A stretch of 63,542 nt of DNA, filler included, from Octopus bimaculoides (GCF_001194135.2; 6 parts of 6 records of this genome joined end to end with filler, not necessarily neighbours in it), one strand, 5' to 3'. Counted from the whole stretch's first letter, positions 12,726 to 26,399 are shown. The notes: generated by a model from the letters alone, not told the origin. Program-made: numbers and translations.

Positions 12726-14199
12726 ACACATGCACACATGCGCACACGCACACAGTATATATATATATATATATGCATACTTACACACATAGGGTTTCAA
12801 TTTATATACGAGAGAAGAAAATGCTTTAGCCATAGTACGTAGCTTATTTATTTGAAGCTGAGGTTTCTCTTCATCGCTATTTCATGAGAAATCCAAAAAC
12901 ATGAAATTCAGATAAGTACCGGAGGGATACCTACCTACCTACCTACCTACCTACCTACCTACCTACCTACCTACATACATACATACATACATACATACAC
13001 ATATACATACGCACACATACATGCATATATGTACACATATGTATATATGTATATATTTGTGTGTATATATATATACATACATGTATATGTGTAAGTATGC
13101 TTGTATATGTATGTATGTGCGTATAAATAAATATATGTGTGTATACGTACATAAATACATATACACACACAACCCTACACACTCACAGCCACATACAATT
13201 CCATCGAGCAAACGAAATTATTTGTATATTTATTCAAGTTTTTTGATTTTTCAATCAGTCTCCAAGATAAAAGCCGACCAAATACGGTTTCGTATAGCGT
13301 AAATAAATTAGTTTGTTAGTAAAAACTGAACGAGGAAATCTCATTAGGCTAGCAGAAGTGAGTTGTGTGGAAAATATCGATGATATAATCAATACTGGAA
13401 TGTCATCGAAGTTCTAAATAAGAAGCCATTACTTTTTTAACAACCGGCTTGTTTCCCCAACACGATGACTTCCAGTGATGAAAATATACCCAAATTCAGA
13501 CGTGATTTGTTTCAATGTAATGTAAAACTCTGTTTTCTTAGTAAAAAAAATTCCTTATCACGCACTGAGACATCATACACATGTGCATGCACACGTTCTT
13601 ACTTTATTCATGCTCATATGCAGCATACACACTGCATACAAACGCTATCCATACATAGAGTCACATAGATTTTGAGGAACTGTACAGAATATGCTGTGAG
13701 CAATCACTGTTTTATTTCACAGCTCTTAGAGGTATTTACACAAACTTACATTCACACCAGCATATATGTCTGTGTGAATGTTTATATTCATATGGGAGTG
13801 AGTGAGTGGATTGACATATGATAAAAATGAACTATTGGTTCGATACCGCCGGTTTCATGCTGTTCTATATAGCAGAGTCATAATGAAATAAATTATAGCT
13901 GCCGGGTGTGTTCAATGTTACTGCAAGTTTTCATGCAATATTAATATATTAATATATTAATATATTAATATATAACGTTTCATGAAAAATTTAAAATCCA
14001 CAAACACATTGGTATTAGATTCCTGTTGTCATTACACAGCCCTATCAAAAAATGGCCAACACTATACTCTCTTACTTCGCAGATTACACGTACAAACAAA
14101 CATACATGCATACAAACACACATCACACATAACACACATATATACATATAGATATACACACACGAACACACATATGTATATACACATACAAATACACAC

Positions 14200-14303
14200 A
14201 GAATTATAAACATACACACACAATTATACACATACACACACACACACAATTATACACATACACACACACACACAATTATACACATACACACACACACACA
14301 ATT

Positions 14304-14337
<34 letters not shown>

Positions 14338-14360
14338 TTATACACATACACACACACACA
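14200..14360. repeat. Short minisatellite CAATTATACACATA(CA)n, about 5 units
   Basis: Read directly from the sequence. Confidence 0.85.
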
Positions 14361-15789
14361 GATATGTATCAAAACAAGATTGGAAAAATTTGGGGGTATT
14401 ATTTATTCCAGCCTTCTGTTTTGTTATGTAATTACTTTGCAAAAAATATTTTCTAATATTTTACAGTATTCTTCAGTATTTTCAACTTCTATATGAAATT
14501 TAAGATCTACAAATATACTTTGGAGTATTGGAATGTGCAAATGAGCTTCATGAGGACACAACTCGGATTATAACCTTTTCAACATACTGGACACACAAAT
14601 ATACACACGCACGCACGCGCACGAACATACACACACACATGCACACATACATACCCACACATACATATATAGCTGTAATAAGGAAGTCAAATTAATACAA
14701 CTAATACGACTTGATACCAGTATGAACTAACCGGTCTTGACTCCACTTATGCGCATACTCTAACAAAGATTTGGAGTAGTTTATTATATTTGCAGAGATT
14801 CTCCGTATAGAAGACACTTAGTAGTGGTCAAAAGATTCAAACTTAGGTTCTGATGTCTTTACAGGGGATCATTTCACAAGGTACAGAAAGATTATACGAA
14901 GGATCAAATCGAGCGGGTATAGAGGCAATTATGCGAGTAAAACAAATTAGACACATCAAATATATTATATATATATATATATATGCATAAAAATTACATC
15001 GCAATTGTGGCAAATCATAGGAATGTAATAGAAATACACAGCTATACTTTTTACTTTTCTTATATATATCTCAGATATGTTTCATATATATAGAATATAG
15101 AAATTACACTACAAGTACGTCGTTTCAACATATACATAAATAATGGAAAACAATATCTTGGTGTTGTCGACTCTTGACTGTTGCTTTCTTTATGCTCATG
15201 TGATAGAGACTGTCGGCTATTTTTAGATTTGGTCAGGTTATAAAATCATACAGACTTACCAGATTACGGTAATCTAGTGAATTACGGTACTTTTCGAGGC
15301 TGCAAGTTATCTCTTTTTTTTTATCAATTTGGGTTGCCTGCAGCTTAAACATTTGAATTGTTTCAAAGTTAAGAATGCTATTGAATATCATTTTAAACTT
15401 CAACGGGCAATCCTTATGCATACATACATACATTCATACATACATACATACATACATGCATGCATACATACATACATACATACATACATACATACATACA
15501 TACATACAAACATACATTCATACATGCATGCATACATGCATACATACAAACGTATATACGTACATACATACATACATACATACATACATACATACAAGCA
15601 TGCATAGAAAGATGGATATTTATCTGCTAGATGTTTATCTACTTTTCAATTTGGAATATTTTCTTACACAGTCCACTACTTTTTGAAGATTTTGAAATCA
15701 GAACGTAAAGAGACAGAAGAAATACTACAAAGCATTTTTACAGCACCTTAACGATTCTACCAACTCACCGCTCTGGTCAAATATATTTT

Positions 15790-16003
15790 TTCTATCCTAG
15801 GCAGAAGGTCTGAAATTATGAGGAGACGGACACTTGACGATTACCTCGACCTAAGCTTTTGACTGGTACTTTATTCTACCGACCTCAAAAGGATGAAAGA
15901 CAAAATTGGCCCCAGTGAGATCTGAGCTCGGGATATTAAGGGCTGAAAACAATACCGCAAAGCATTTTTGTGACCCTCTAACGATTCCGTCAATTCGCCA
16001 TCC
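15790..16003 (-). mobile_element. Degenerate SINE family A copy
   Basis: It contains actggtactttattctaccgacctcaaaaggatgaaag...taacgattccgtcaattcgcc. Confidence 0.7.
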
Positions 16004-16120
16004 TAATCAAATATTGCTGTATGTTACATTTAGTTGTGTGATATAGCTTGTCATATATTCTTTAGATTTGTTTTATGTAATAGAATGTGTCTTTTGCTCT
16101 CTATTTACTGGCTCATATGT

Positions 16121-16502
16121 GGAGGCGCAATGGTCCCGTGGTTAGGGCAGCGGACTCGCGGTCATAGGATCGCGGCTTCGATTCCCAGACCGGGCGTTGT
16201 GAGTGTTTATTGAGCGAAAACACCTAAAGCTCCACGAGGTTGCGGCAGGGGATGGTGGCGAACCCTGTTGTACTCTTTCACCACAACTTTCTCTCACTCT
16301 TCCTGTTCCTGTTGTGCCTGTAATTCAAAGGGTCAGCCTTGTCACACTGTGTCACGCTGAATATCCCCGAGAACTACGTTAAGGGTACATGTGTCTGTGG
16401 AGTGCTCAGCCACTTGCACGTTAATTTCACGAGCAGGCTGTTCCGTTGATCAGATCAACTGGAACCCTCGACGTCGTAAGCGACGGAGTGCCAACAACAA
16501 CA
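16121..16502 (+). mobile_element. Full-length SINE family B (about 385 bp, tRNA-derived head) with TSD
   Basis: A-box- and B-box-like motifs are present (tggtcccgtggttag...gcttcgattcc), with a (CAA)n tail. The TSD is actggctcatatgt (16107-16120) / actggttcatatgt (16503-16516). It is homologous to 52407-52794. Confidence 0.9.
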
Positions 16503-17012
16503 ACTGGTTCATATGTATTTATCGATTTATCGTGTCATCTGCTCCTGACATTTGTTTGAAATACAGACGGTCGGCTTCCCAAGTGAATTTCCGTTTTCCT
16601 TTTGCCGAAACATCTTTAGTATTAGTCGAAATTGGTTATCAGGAGAAAATTCATTTTATTCCAAACGGTGAGGTTAAGAATATACCTAAAAATGCAGAAG
16701 CAATGCGGCGGATGAATAATGATAGCGATCATCATAACAATAAAAATAAAAATACTAAGGCATATTTCAATGAGAAGAATGGTAAAGAAAAGTTTATTGG
16801 TAATAGAAAAGACGGTGTAAATAAGGTGAGCCACCAGGTAAAAATTCTAATTCATACAAAATGAAATGAAAAGCGAGGGTAGCAATTTGAACTTAGGTGG
16901 CAAACTTAGTATTAAAAGACCTTTATAACAAGCATGCAGCCTACTGATCATAATAAGATTAATAATGATATTGATAATAGTAATAATCATATTGCGAATG
17001 GTAGTGAGGGTA

Positions 17013-17213
<201 letters not shown>

Positions 17214-17216
17214 ATG

Positions 17217-17556
17217 CAAGAATTTAGAATATGAAAACTAATTTCAAGAATTTGGAATATGAAAACTGTAAAGACTGTGCCTATAATAACTGGTACATTA
17301 GGAACTGAAAGCAACGATATAGACAAATGGTTGAAGAAAAATGGAATAGAATGCCATGCAGAGCTTCTACATAAAGCTTGCCTCTTAGAAACAGGAAAGG
17401 CTATCAGAAGGGTTTTAAGCACTTCAAAGACTATTGAAAGCTAGTGGGTACCTAAGGTTACAGGTATTTATGCTACCCGCATAAATCCTAGTAGGAATAA
17501 GAACGAACCTAAGTTAAATCAATAATAATAATAATAATGATAATAATAATAATAAC
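17217..17556 (+). mobile_element. REL-type LINE 3' end with (AAT)n tail
   Basis: It encodes KTVPIITGTLGT...ELLHKACLLETGKAIRRVLS, homologous to the C-terminus at 8800-8930. Confidence 0.85.
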
Positions 17557-17975
17557 AAATGTGCAAAAGCTACTTTTATCAGAGAAAAAGATGATAGAAG
17601 CATACAACGTTATTCTTGACTAACAGAAAATCATAAAGGAGCTAGAACCAGCGGAGAGCTACAAATACTTAAGGGTATTTGAAGGTGATGGAATCAAACA
17701 TTCAATGATGAGGGAAAGGATCAGAAAAGAATGTTATCGCAGGGTAAGGGCAATACTCAAGACAGAGCTAATTACGAGAAACAGGATCGAAGTGATCCAT
17801 ACTTTAGCCATACCGGTCGCGACTTACGATCTGCCTTAAAGGGGTACATTGTCAATAATTTCGTATTTTTCTGTCAAGATTACATATTTCAGTAACTGAC
17901 CAGTTAATAATATTGAAACTGTTACGACCGGTTTGACTAAAGTATTGATCGAAAGTCGCGACCGGTATGGCTAAA
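17557..17975 (+). mobile_element. REL-type LINE RT fragment with inverted continuation (17845-17975 on the minus strand)
   Basis: It is homologous to 19190-19550 (KELEPAESYKYL...RIRKECYRRVRAILKTEL). A 29-bp inverted repeat lies at 17803-17831 / 17947-17975. Confidence 0.85.
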
Positions 17976-18199
17976 TAGTAAATACAGACGAATACAGATA
18001 TGCTACCCTTAAGAAGCTACCTTACGAGCAATGTTTTCATTAAGAGAACTCAGATGTGGTGTTGTCTCAAAAAATTAACTCTAACCAGAGAGATCCGTAC
18101 CCTAATATCAACGTCAAAGCTCGTCATGCTTCAATGATAACAAAGCAAAATAGACACCTAATCGGCCGTCACACGAGTCAACAAGGGCCGCGCACTCCA

Positions 18200-19585
18200 G
18201 TGAGGAACTAGACTGGGTGCGAAAAATCAGCTACTGATTCAAATCTTTCCGAAACACAGGAGCTGGAAGTACTCCACAACCAGAATATTCCAACAAATGA
18301 CCATCCACGCTCGTTAGAGCAAAAGTGGGAGTGCGTCAAGGTAGAAGACGTAAGATATGCTCTCAGGAGGTCGAGCAAATGGATGTCTCCAGGAAAGGAC
18401 AAAATTCCTAACTTCTGGTTGAATGCCTTCCCAGGGAGTCATGAACTGGTAACAAAACTTTTCAACAATGTTTTGCAACAACCTAGTATGATTCCCTCTT
18501 GACTAGTTAATAGTGTTACATTCCTACTTCCAAAAAAGGAAGAAAGAAATGAACCAACAAATTATCGACCCATAACCTGCTTAACAACAACGTATAAAAC
18601 GCTAACATCTGTCCTGACTGAATATACTTATAGTTTTTAAATAGAAAGTGGCATATTCCCTAATGAGCAAAACGGATGCAAACGTAGATCCTATGGTTGT
18701 AGAGATCAGAAACTCATCAATAAGATGATCTTGGAAGATTGACACAAACGACACAAAAACTTGTCAATAGCTTGGATAAACTATAAAAAACCTTTTGATA
18801 GCCTACCACATAGCAGGATTTTAAAATGTCTGGAAATGTATAAAATAGCTCCTACTCTGCGAAACTTTTGTCTGTAAGTATGAGATCATGGAGAACCACA
18901 CTGACTTTGAACAGTGACAATGAATCTCTAAATGCTGGAGATGTAAGAATTTCATGTGGCATTTTCCAGGGTGACTTATTATCACCACTCCTCTTTTATC
19001 TAGCTTTTGTCTAACTCTCTCGAAATTGCTCAATGATGTACAGTACGGTTATAAAATGCTTGATAAAATATAAATCATCTCATTTACATGGATGATTTAA
19101 AGCTCTTTGCAAAAAATGACCAACATCTACGGGGCTTACTAGCGATTGTTAAGCATTTAAGTGATGACATCAGGATTCAATTTGGCTTTGATAAATGTGA
19201 AATAGCTACCTTTATCAAAGGAAAAATGGTAGAAACAGCCAACGTTTATCTTGACCAGCAGAATGTCATAAAGGAGTTAGAAGAAGCGGAGAGCTACAGC
19301 TACCTAAGGTATTCTGAAGGTGATGGAATCAAACATTCAGTGATGATGGAAAGGATCAGAAGAGAACGTTATCGTAGGGTAAGGGCAACACTCAAGACAG
19401 AACTGAATGCAAGAAACAGGATCGAAGTTATCAATATTTTAGTCATACCGGTCGTGACTTACAGTTTCAATATCATTAAGTAGTCAATTACTGAAATTTG
19501 TAATCCTGACAAAAAAATATGAAAATTGTTGACAATGCAAAGAATACACCATCCTAAGGCAGATATAGAACGACTTTACCTGCCA
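18200..19585 (+). mobile_element. REL-type (R4/Dong-like) LINE reverse transcriptase region, pseudogenized
   Basis: Motifs in order are [65 protein letters not shown] and HLIYMDDLKLFAK (YMDD). Several stops and frameshifts are present. Confidence 0.92.
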
Positions 19586-20144
19586 TTGAAAACATTGCAT
19601 TATGTATAGGATGACCCAATATCATCTCTTTGGCCCATATTCTTCTATTCCACTGATTGCGTATTCTTCATGTTCTACTATCCATCTGTGCTCAAACGAT
19701 TTCTATATCTGATTTAGATCAAAGCAAACGCGAAGAAATAAGCAGCAGCGCCAAGCAGTGTTCAGTATGGCCTTATGCGAGGCTTCATATTCAGTTATAT
19801 TGAAGATCACCGTTAACTGTATGCAAAATTGCTCGAATGAAGTAAAAAATCGGAAACAAACTAAACCTTTCTTATCTGATAGGAAAAAAATTCTCGCTAA
19901 ACTAACTGCTTTGTTCAAATTACTAGAAACTACAACGAACACCACTGCTCTTTTCTGTCACTTTCTCTTTGCATCATTTTTTCCACTTCTGTATACATAC
20001 ATACATACATGCATATGTATCTATAAGCCACATATAAACACTGTGTGTGTGTATGTATATATATATATATATGTATGTGTGTGTATGTGTGTGTGTGTGT
20101 ATAGATATGTATGTATATATATATATCTCTCTCTCCCTCTCTAC

Positions 20145-20184
<40 letters not shown>

Positions 20185-20194
20185 NNNNNNNNNN

Positions 20195-20234
<40 letters not shown>

Positions 20235-20611
20235 TCCTGTCTCACTATGTTCAGTACTGTACAGAATTTGCTATAGAGACACTAAATAACGGTATTCAAA
20301 TTTTCAATTTCCTTTCGTTCAATAAATCGATTTATTGATTTTTTTTATTAATTTACCCTGGAATTGGCAGTCGGAAACAACATGCCGTCTTTTATTCTAT
20401 TTTATTTATTATATGGTCACTAATATCAAGTTGATCTTCTAATACTGTATCAACAAACAGTTTCGAATTCTTCATTCCAGTGACTATGTAATAGCGGTAT
20501 TTGTCAGTAGATCAGATTGATGTGATTCTAATAATAATATAATGACATCAAACCTGGTTTCTATTGAAACGCTTTATACATTCGCACACGCAGACCTGCA
20601 AAGACGTGTGT

Positions 20612-20657
<46 letters not shown>

Positions 20658-20701
20658 NNNNNNNNNNNNNNNNNNNNNNNNNNNNNNNNNNNNNNNNNNN
20701 N

Positions 20702-20713
20702 TTAATTAATTAA
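20702..20713. other. Assembly gap linker TTAATTAATTAA inside N runs (also at 32521, 55861, 58943, 62296)
   Basis: The identical 12-mer is centred in N runs five times. It contains stops in all six frames. Confidence 0.9.
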
Positions 20714-20971
20714 NNNNNNNNNNNNNNNNNNNNNNNNNNNNNNNNNNNNNNNNNNNNTGTTGGCTGCTCAAGAGTGGGCAGCAACAAAAAACCTATTTGT
20801 ATATGCTCCACAAGGGAAAACAAGGAACATAGTTTACAATGAGGTGTTATAATCACAACAGCAAGAAAGTATGTACATGATCACCTTCTTTTACGAAACT
20901 TCATTGACTTTCATATATTTATATTGATATACATATATATACGTGTGTTTGGGTGCGTGTGTGTATATATA

Positions 20972-21062
20972 TCTCTATATATAAAGATGATGCGTAGTCT
21001 AGACGGCGTTTTTAGATTTCATTATTCTCTTTAACCCGGGCAACGCCTGGTATTTCTGCTAG
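20972..21062 (+). mobile_element. Miniature non-autonomous Helitron (91 bp)
   Basis: Inserted between A(20971) and T(21063). The 5' end is TCTCTATATATAAA, there is a subterminal hairpin CCGGG-CAACG-CCTGG, and the 3' end is ...TTTCTGCTAG. There is no TSD. Confidence 0.75.
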
Positions 21063-22269
21063 TTTTCTATATTTGGGCTGCCATTATTATGCAATGTATA
21101 TTTCCATTTCTAAGGTGGCATGATGTGGTCTGGGGGTGATTTTGCTGCTGTTTCTAGTAAGTTGAGTGATCACATAAAGGTTTCTCTCATTTGTCATTCT
21201 TTGAAGTCATCATCCTCAGTCACTTCAATGTCCACCACGCCTGTTCTTGGCTCTGGCATTCAGCATTGACTGTCCATGCACGGACTACAAACCAATTTGT
21301 TTCCCATTCTCAACTAAATGCACCATCTCATCTCCTCAACTAACTTATATCATTGACCAATACTCTGTCTTCTTTAAATATTCTTCACCACATTCCCACC
21401 ACTAAGAGAGCTTCTTTACAATCACTCAATCTGCTAAAAATAGCAACAAAACTTCTGTTAAAATCATACATTACCATCTCAAATAAAGGGCACACAAGAT
21501 GATGTAGTCACTGAGGTAAAAAAAAGAATGAAATAAATGGTCATGGCCGGAATGCTATGATCTTGATTCTAATCATCTCGGGTTGATGTGGAGCTAAATA
21601 ACAACAAAAACTTCTACCAAGCTTTATGGCACCTTAATGCAGATAACTGGTCAATACATCTGTTGACAACTCTTGGCAGTAGATATATTTCATCTCTGAA
21701 CCATTCAGGACAATTAAGTGAACAATATGATCATCTTATGTATGCCACTTAACATTTTCCTACAAGAAAAACTCACAACCATAACATTCTCCAGAGGTTT
21801 ACCTAGAGATAACCACAAGTGTATCTCTATCATTTTTTTACCTATGGAACTCTTTGATTCCTATTTCATTTGGGTAGACTCTCCTCACCATTCGATGTTA
21901 AAAAAAAATCTATTATATTTTAAAATTAAATATTATTAGGAATTGTATAAAAAAATCATTTAAATATTTTGTCAATGACCTGTAGGAACACTGTATTTTG
22001 TTATACAACTATAATATACTACAAAGTATATTAAACGCTTTTACAAGTCAATACTGTGTTCCATCAGGAATCTCAGATATGGAACACCATAACAAAATCA
22101 GCACTGACAATAATTTCAATTGAAAATCTGTAGAGATAACCCTAACAAGTAAATATTTTGTGTATTGTAGGACTATAACCAATTTGTTGCAGATAAATTT
22201 TGACAACAGAATCTTATATGGACCCCCAAAGGCAATATGGACTCCAGTTGAAAACCTCTAGTGTAGTGT

Positions 22270-22460
22270 ATTATGGTATGTTATGATATATTATAGCATA
22301 GTATAGTGTAATGTAGTGTAGCTTAGTGTATTATAGAATAGGACAGTATATTATAGTGTTGTATAATGTATTATTGTCTAGTGTAGATTGTTATAGTGTG
22401 AGACAGTGTTTTATAGTTTAGGGTATTACAATGTAGTATAGTTTATGAGAGAACATTAAG
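22270..22460. repeat. Degenerate pentanucleotide (AGTGT/TATAG)n low-complexity tract
   Basis: Read directly from the sequence. Confidence 0.8.
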
Positions 22461-22684
22461 GTTATGTGTGTGTAATAGTGTGGGGTAGTGTATTTTAGTG
22501 AAAGAGCAATGTATTGAGGTGTGGTGTATGAAATAAGATGTAGAGTAGATTAAGGTACTGCTGTTGTTACTGATGTGAACGTTTATCTTTTTCAGCTTGT
22601 AACAATCCAGCCAAGCAGAACAAAAGCCTGATAGTTTATGAGGTGACATAATGTGAATTAGGTCACCATAGCTTGTTCCCAAAC

Positions 22685-22726
<42 letters not shown>

Positions 22727-22929
22727 TATTCTAATATGCACAAACACAAACTCATGTATACATTCACATGTACATGAATAATTGTATATATATGTGTGTG
22801 TGTTCAGGGCACATTAGCTATTTGAGAACAAAACTATAAAAAAACATAAATAGCCCAGACTAACTAAATAAGCCTCTCCTTTTTTTAGCCATTACATGGA
22901 AGCTTTGAATCTAATGCAGACAAAGGAAA

Positions 22930-23373
22930 AGCATGTTAGTCTCATCACCTTAGCTGCCATCCACTGCGAACCTGAGAGTGCAGCCTTCATAAATGTTGCT
23001 AAGACATTTCAAGTTTTAGATCAGAAAACAACTCTTTGCCTCTGATAGGAATGTGTCCTCCATGGCCAAAAGAAAAATCGTTCTTGGTAGTCAGACATTG
23101 TCAGAAATGTAGAGTTTGTCCAAGAAATCCAGAGTCTTGTTAATGAGAATCTTAGCAATTCATCTCAATGAGTTAAAGTCCATGATTAAACATGTAGTGC
23201 ACAAAGATATTACATACAAATCGTGTGTTATGAGAAGAGGATTGTTCATGTCTGATAAGATTCAGGAGAACCATGTGATCCGGTTGAAGTGTTTGCTGAA
23301 CAAACTGAAGGAGCTGGACATGCTCTGACTCTTCTCAGATGAGAAGAACTTTGTCCAAGATCAAAAAGTAAAC
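22930..23373 (+). mobile_element. maT/DD37D-like Tc1-mariner 5' transposase fragment, cut by a SINE
   Basis: It encodes IKHVVHKDITYKSCVMRRGLFMS...CLLNKLK...FSDEKNFVQDQKVNRR. Confidence 0.75.
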
Positions 23374-23534
23374 AGGCGCAGGTGTAGCTGTGTGGTAAGA
23401 AGTTGATTTTCAACCACATGGTTCTGGGTTCAGTCCCCCCACTATGTGGCACCTTGGGCAAGTGTCGTCTAGTATAGCCTTGGGATAACCAAAGCCTTGT
23501 GAGTGGATTTGATAGGTGGAAACTGAAAGAGGCC
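23374..23534 (+). mobile_element. SINE family C (tRNA head plus CORE-like motif)
   Basis: aggcgcaggtgtagctgtgtggtaag...gggttcagtccc...CACCTTGGGCAAGTGTC...ggaaactgaaagaggcc. The ACCTTGGGCAAGT motif is shared with CORE-SINEs. Confidence 0.88.
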
Positions 23535-23539
23535 TTTCA

Positions 23540-23659
23540 GGCTTTGGTTGGCCTGAGGTTATAGTAGAAGACATTTGCTCAAGACGCCATGCAGTGGGAC
23601 TGAACCCAGGACTGTGTGGTTGGGAAGCAAGCTTCTTACCACACAGCCACTCCTGCACC

Positions 23660-23660
<1 letters not shown>
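23540..23660 (-). mobile_element. SINE family C, inverted tail-to-tail with the previous copy
   Basis: Reverse complement of the family C head and CORE-like region. Confidence 0.85.
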
Positions 23661-23691
<31 letters not shown>

Positions 23692-24829
23692 CACACACAT
23701 ACACATATATAAATGTAGAACAATGAAATGAGTGCTCAACACTACATTGGTAGATATATAATTTCTTCATTTCTGAATTAAGTCTACCATTGGTTTCATG
23801 TTAAGAAAAGTTGGAAATTATCCTAGTAACTTAACACTTTGATGAAGACAAACGTTTAGGGCCATTAGGCCAAGACGAATTGTAATGAGTAATGCTTGGG
23901 AGAAATATTGAAAGGGCTTATCCCTTGGTTCCGCTCTCATAATTGTTTCGCTAATCCAGTAACAACAATACAAAGTATGAAGCCCTTAAAATGGTTTTTG
24001 TGCATTTATTGAGAATACCAAACTGCCTTACACAGGATCTTGTTTTTAAGAATTCCCAATAAGTTATGAATACCCAAATTGTGAAGTCAGTTATGTAATA
24101 ACGCAAAATTAATTACCCGATAGTAAGAATTCAAATAAAGTAGCCCTGAAAAGAGCTTTAATACATTCTCAGAGTATATAGACCTTAGGAGAAAATACTA
24201 ATGAGGTATGTATACTAAAATCGTGAAGCATATCATGTAATAACAGGCTAATCAGATAATAATAAAAATGAGATAACAATTCAAAGTAAATAACTCTGAA
24301 AAAAGCTTTTGCAAGTTCGCAGAGAATATTACCCTCAGTGGCACTAGTGTTGTATATTTGTGAATAAGTCACTAACTAAAATAAGTGGATCTATTGTTTA
24401 GGAAAATGCTATTTACTTGTTTAAGCATTGTATTGGATAAATTGTGAAAATAACTCAAATAGTTCAAATACTAAGAAACCAGCATACTCAATTTGATTTA
24501 TATGAAATAATTTACGAACATGAATGGGTTATTTCCCTAGGTTATATATAAGGTTTCCTTCCAGGAGTGAATGGGTTATTTCCCTTGGATGCTTAAACAT
24601 AATATATTAGTTATATGTAGTAGATATAAGAATCCCTTCCAGGAGACCTATTATCGATTTTTTAAACAATCTAAGTATGTCACTAATTTTCCAGACATGA
24701 GTTCTACTCATGTGTCAATTTCTTGCATTTCTATAATATCAGTTGCTTTTATTTATTCCCTAACTTGATGGACATATAACAACAAACCAGCTGACATTAA
24801 AAATCTCTAGTGAGACTTCTTTATCAATG

Positions 24830-24872
24830 TACCTGAAGAGACCCAGACTGATGGGTCGAAACATATGTTGTA
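24830..24872 (+). ncRNA. Minimal type I hammerhead ribozyme motif (canonical core) in a probable Penelope pLTR remnant
   Basis: The sequence parses as TAC-CTGAAGA-GACCCA(GACTGA)TGGGTC-GAAA-CATATG-TT-GTA. AATAAA lies a few nt downstream, and repeated TATA-containing modules lie at 24520-24650. Confidence 0.75.
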
Positions 24873-25527
24873 GCTAATAAAAGTCTAATACGAAATCCAT
24901 TTCCTACTATTAATTAATACTATTACCCTAACTGCCACTGTGGAGTTCTTGAAATAGATCCAATAGAAGTGTACCACAACTGCGGATGACAATAGTTAGC
25001 CTAAACTGTGCTGGTGCTCTTCTCAACATTTAAACACACTAATCGAATTATATTTTTTTGTCCAAATTATTTATTATATATATATATATAAAATGCAATA
25101 ACATGTATATGCCCATGTGTGTGTATCTGTGTATGTTGCATTTATATGTAAAAGTAAGAAAATAAATACACATGAGTGACAAATAGTCAGTAAGTTAGAG
25201 TGTTGTTAGATAAAGGGGTAGACAGCAAAGGGGGAGAAGTGTATCAGTTAAGTGAAGCGATCATTTAGTGTTCCTTTTATATTGGCACTGGTGAGTCTCG
25301 CTGAAAGGATTACATAATGGAAATAATGGTAGATGGGGGGGGAGGGCATATGATGGGGTGAGGCAAATGTAATGTGTGTGTGTGTGTGTGTAGGAGGAGG
25401 AGGAATGGTAAGAGTGGAGGAGGGGTATATGTAAATGAATGAAGAAAACTTAATAAAGTAGAACTCTAACAAATATACACTAAAACATGAACAACATTGA
25501 GTGATTGATGGTGATTCATCCATGATC

Positions 25528-25580
<53 letters not shown>

Positions 25581-25759
25581 TTGTTCATCCCAGCACATCA
25601 TGGAGCAGATTGTGTTATTTTTTGTGTCTTGATGTGTTTGGGTGTTTGTCTGGATGGACTGGGAGGGTGAGGATAGAATATTTAAGACATTATAAGTAGA
25701 TATGTCTGGGAGATGAGTGAATGTGTCTGGGGTGGAGGTGGGAGTGTGATGCTTTGTTT

Positions 25760-26150
25760 AGATTGAGAGGGTGGGATAGAGATTTAAATGTGTCTGTGGG
25801 TGTTGACGTGTCTGGAGTGTGTAAACATATCTGGGTGGTGGTGGTGGTGTGTATGTGTCTGAGTGTGGGGGGTTGTGATGTGTTTGGAGAGGATGTAGAT
25901 TGGACTGAGGGATGTAGATGTGTCTTAGAGGATGTCTTTGGGGGAAGATATAGACGTGTCTGGAGAAGATGTAGATGTGTTTGGTGAGGATGTAGATGTG
26001 TCTGAGAGATTTAGATGTTTCTGGGGAAGATATAGACATCTCTGGAGAGGATGTAGATGTGTTTGGTGAGAATGGTAGATGTAACTGGGGAATATAGATG
26101 CGTCTGGAAAATTTAGATGTCTGGGGGAGATGTAGATGTCTGAGGGAGGG
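25760..26150. repeat. Diverged minisatellite with a unit of about 20 bp (GGAGAGGATGTAGATGTGTCT-like)
   Basis: gatgtagatgtgtctg, gatatagacgtgtctg and similar variants recur. Confidence 0.8.
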
Positions 26151-26399
26151 ATACAAATGCATATGGGTGATTTTTTTGGACTGAGAATGAGGGACAATGT
26201 TTGTAGGATGCAATTTAAGAGTGTCCTGGGGGCACTGTTTTTCTATATATCACTTGCGATGATGGCAGTGGGGAGATGAGTCACTGCTATCTCTAGCAGT
26301 CGAGCATTCATCATTTACAAGACCAAGGAAGGTCAAAATCCTATGATGTAGTAGCTTTTGGTGCTTGAGATGGTGGTGATCTATCTCTCCACTAGTGAT

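Noticed and set aside
16391-16864. 157-aa ORF
   Set aside because: It starts inside a SINE and runs into AT-rich flank with no domain.
24521-24585. Reverse complement of the AGGGAAATAACCC helix II motif, present twice
   Set aside because: It lacks a flanking CUGANGA and GAAA, so it is not a ribozyme.
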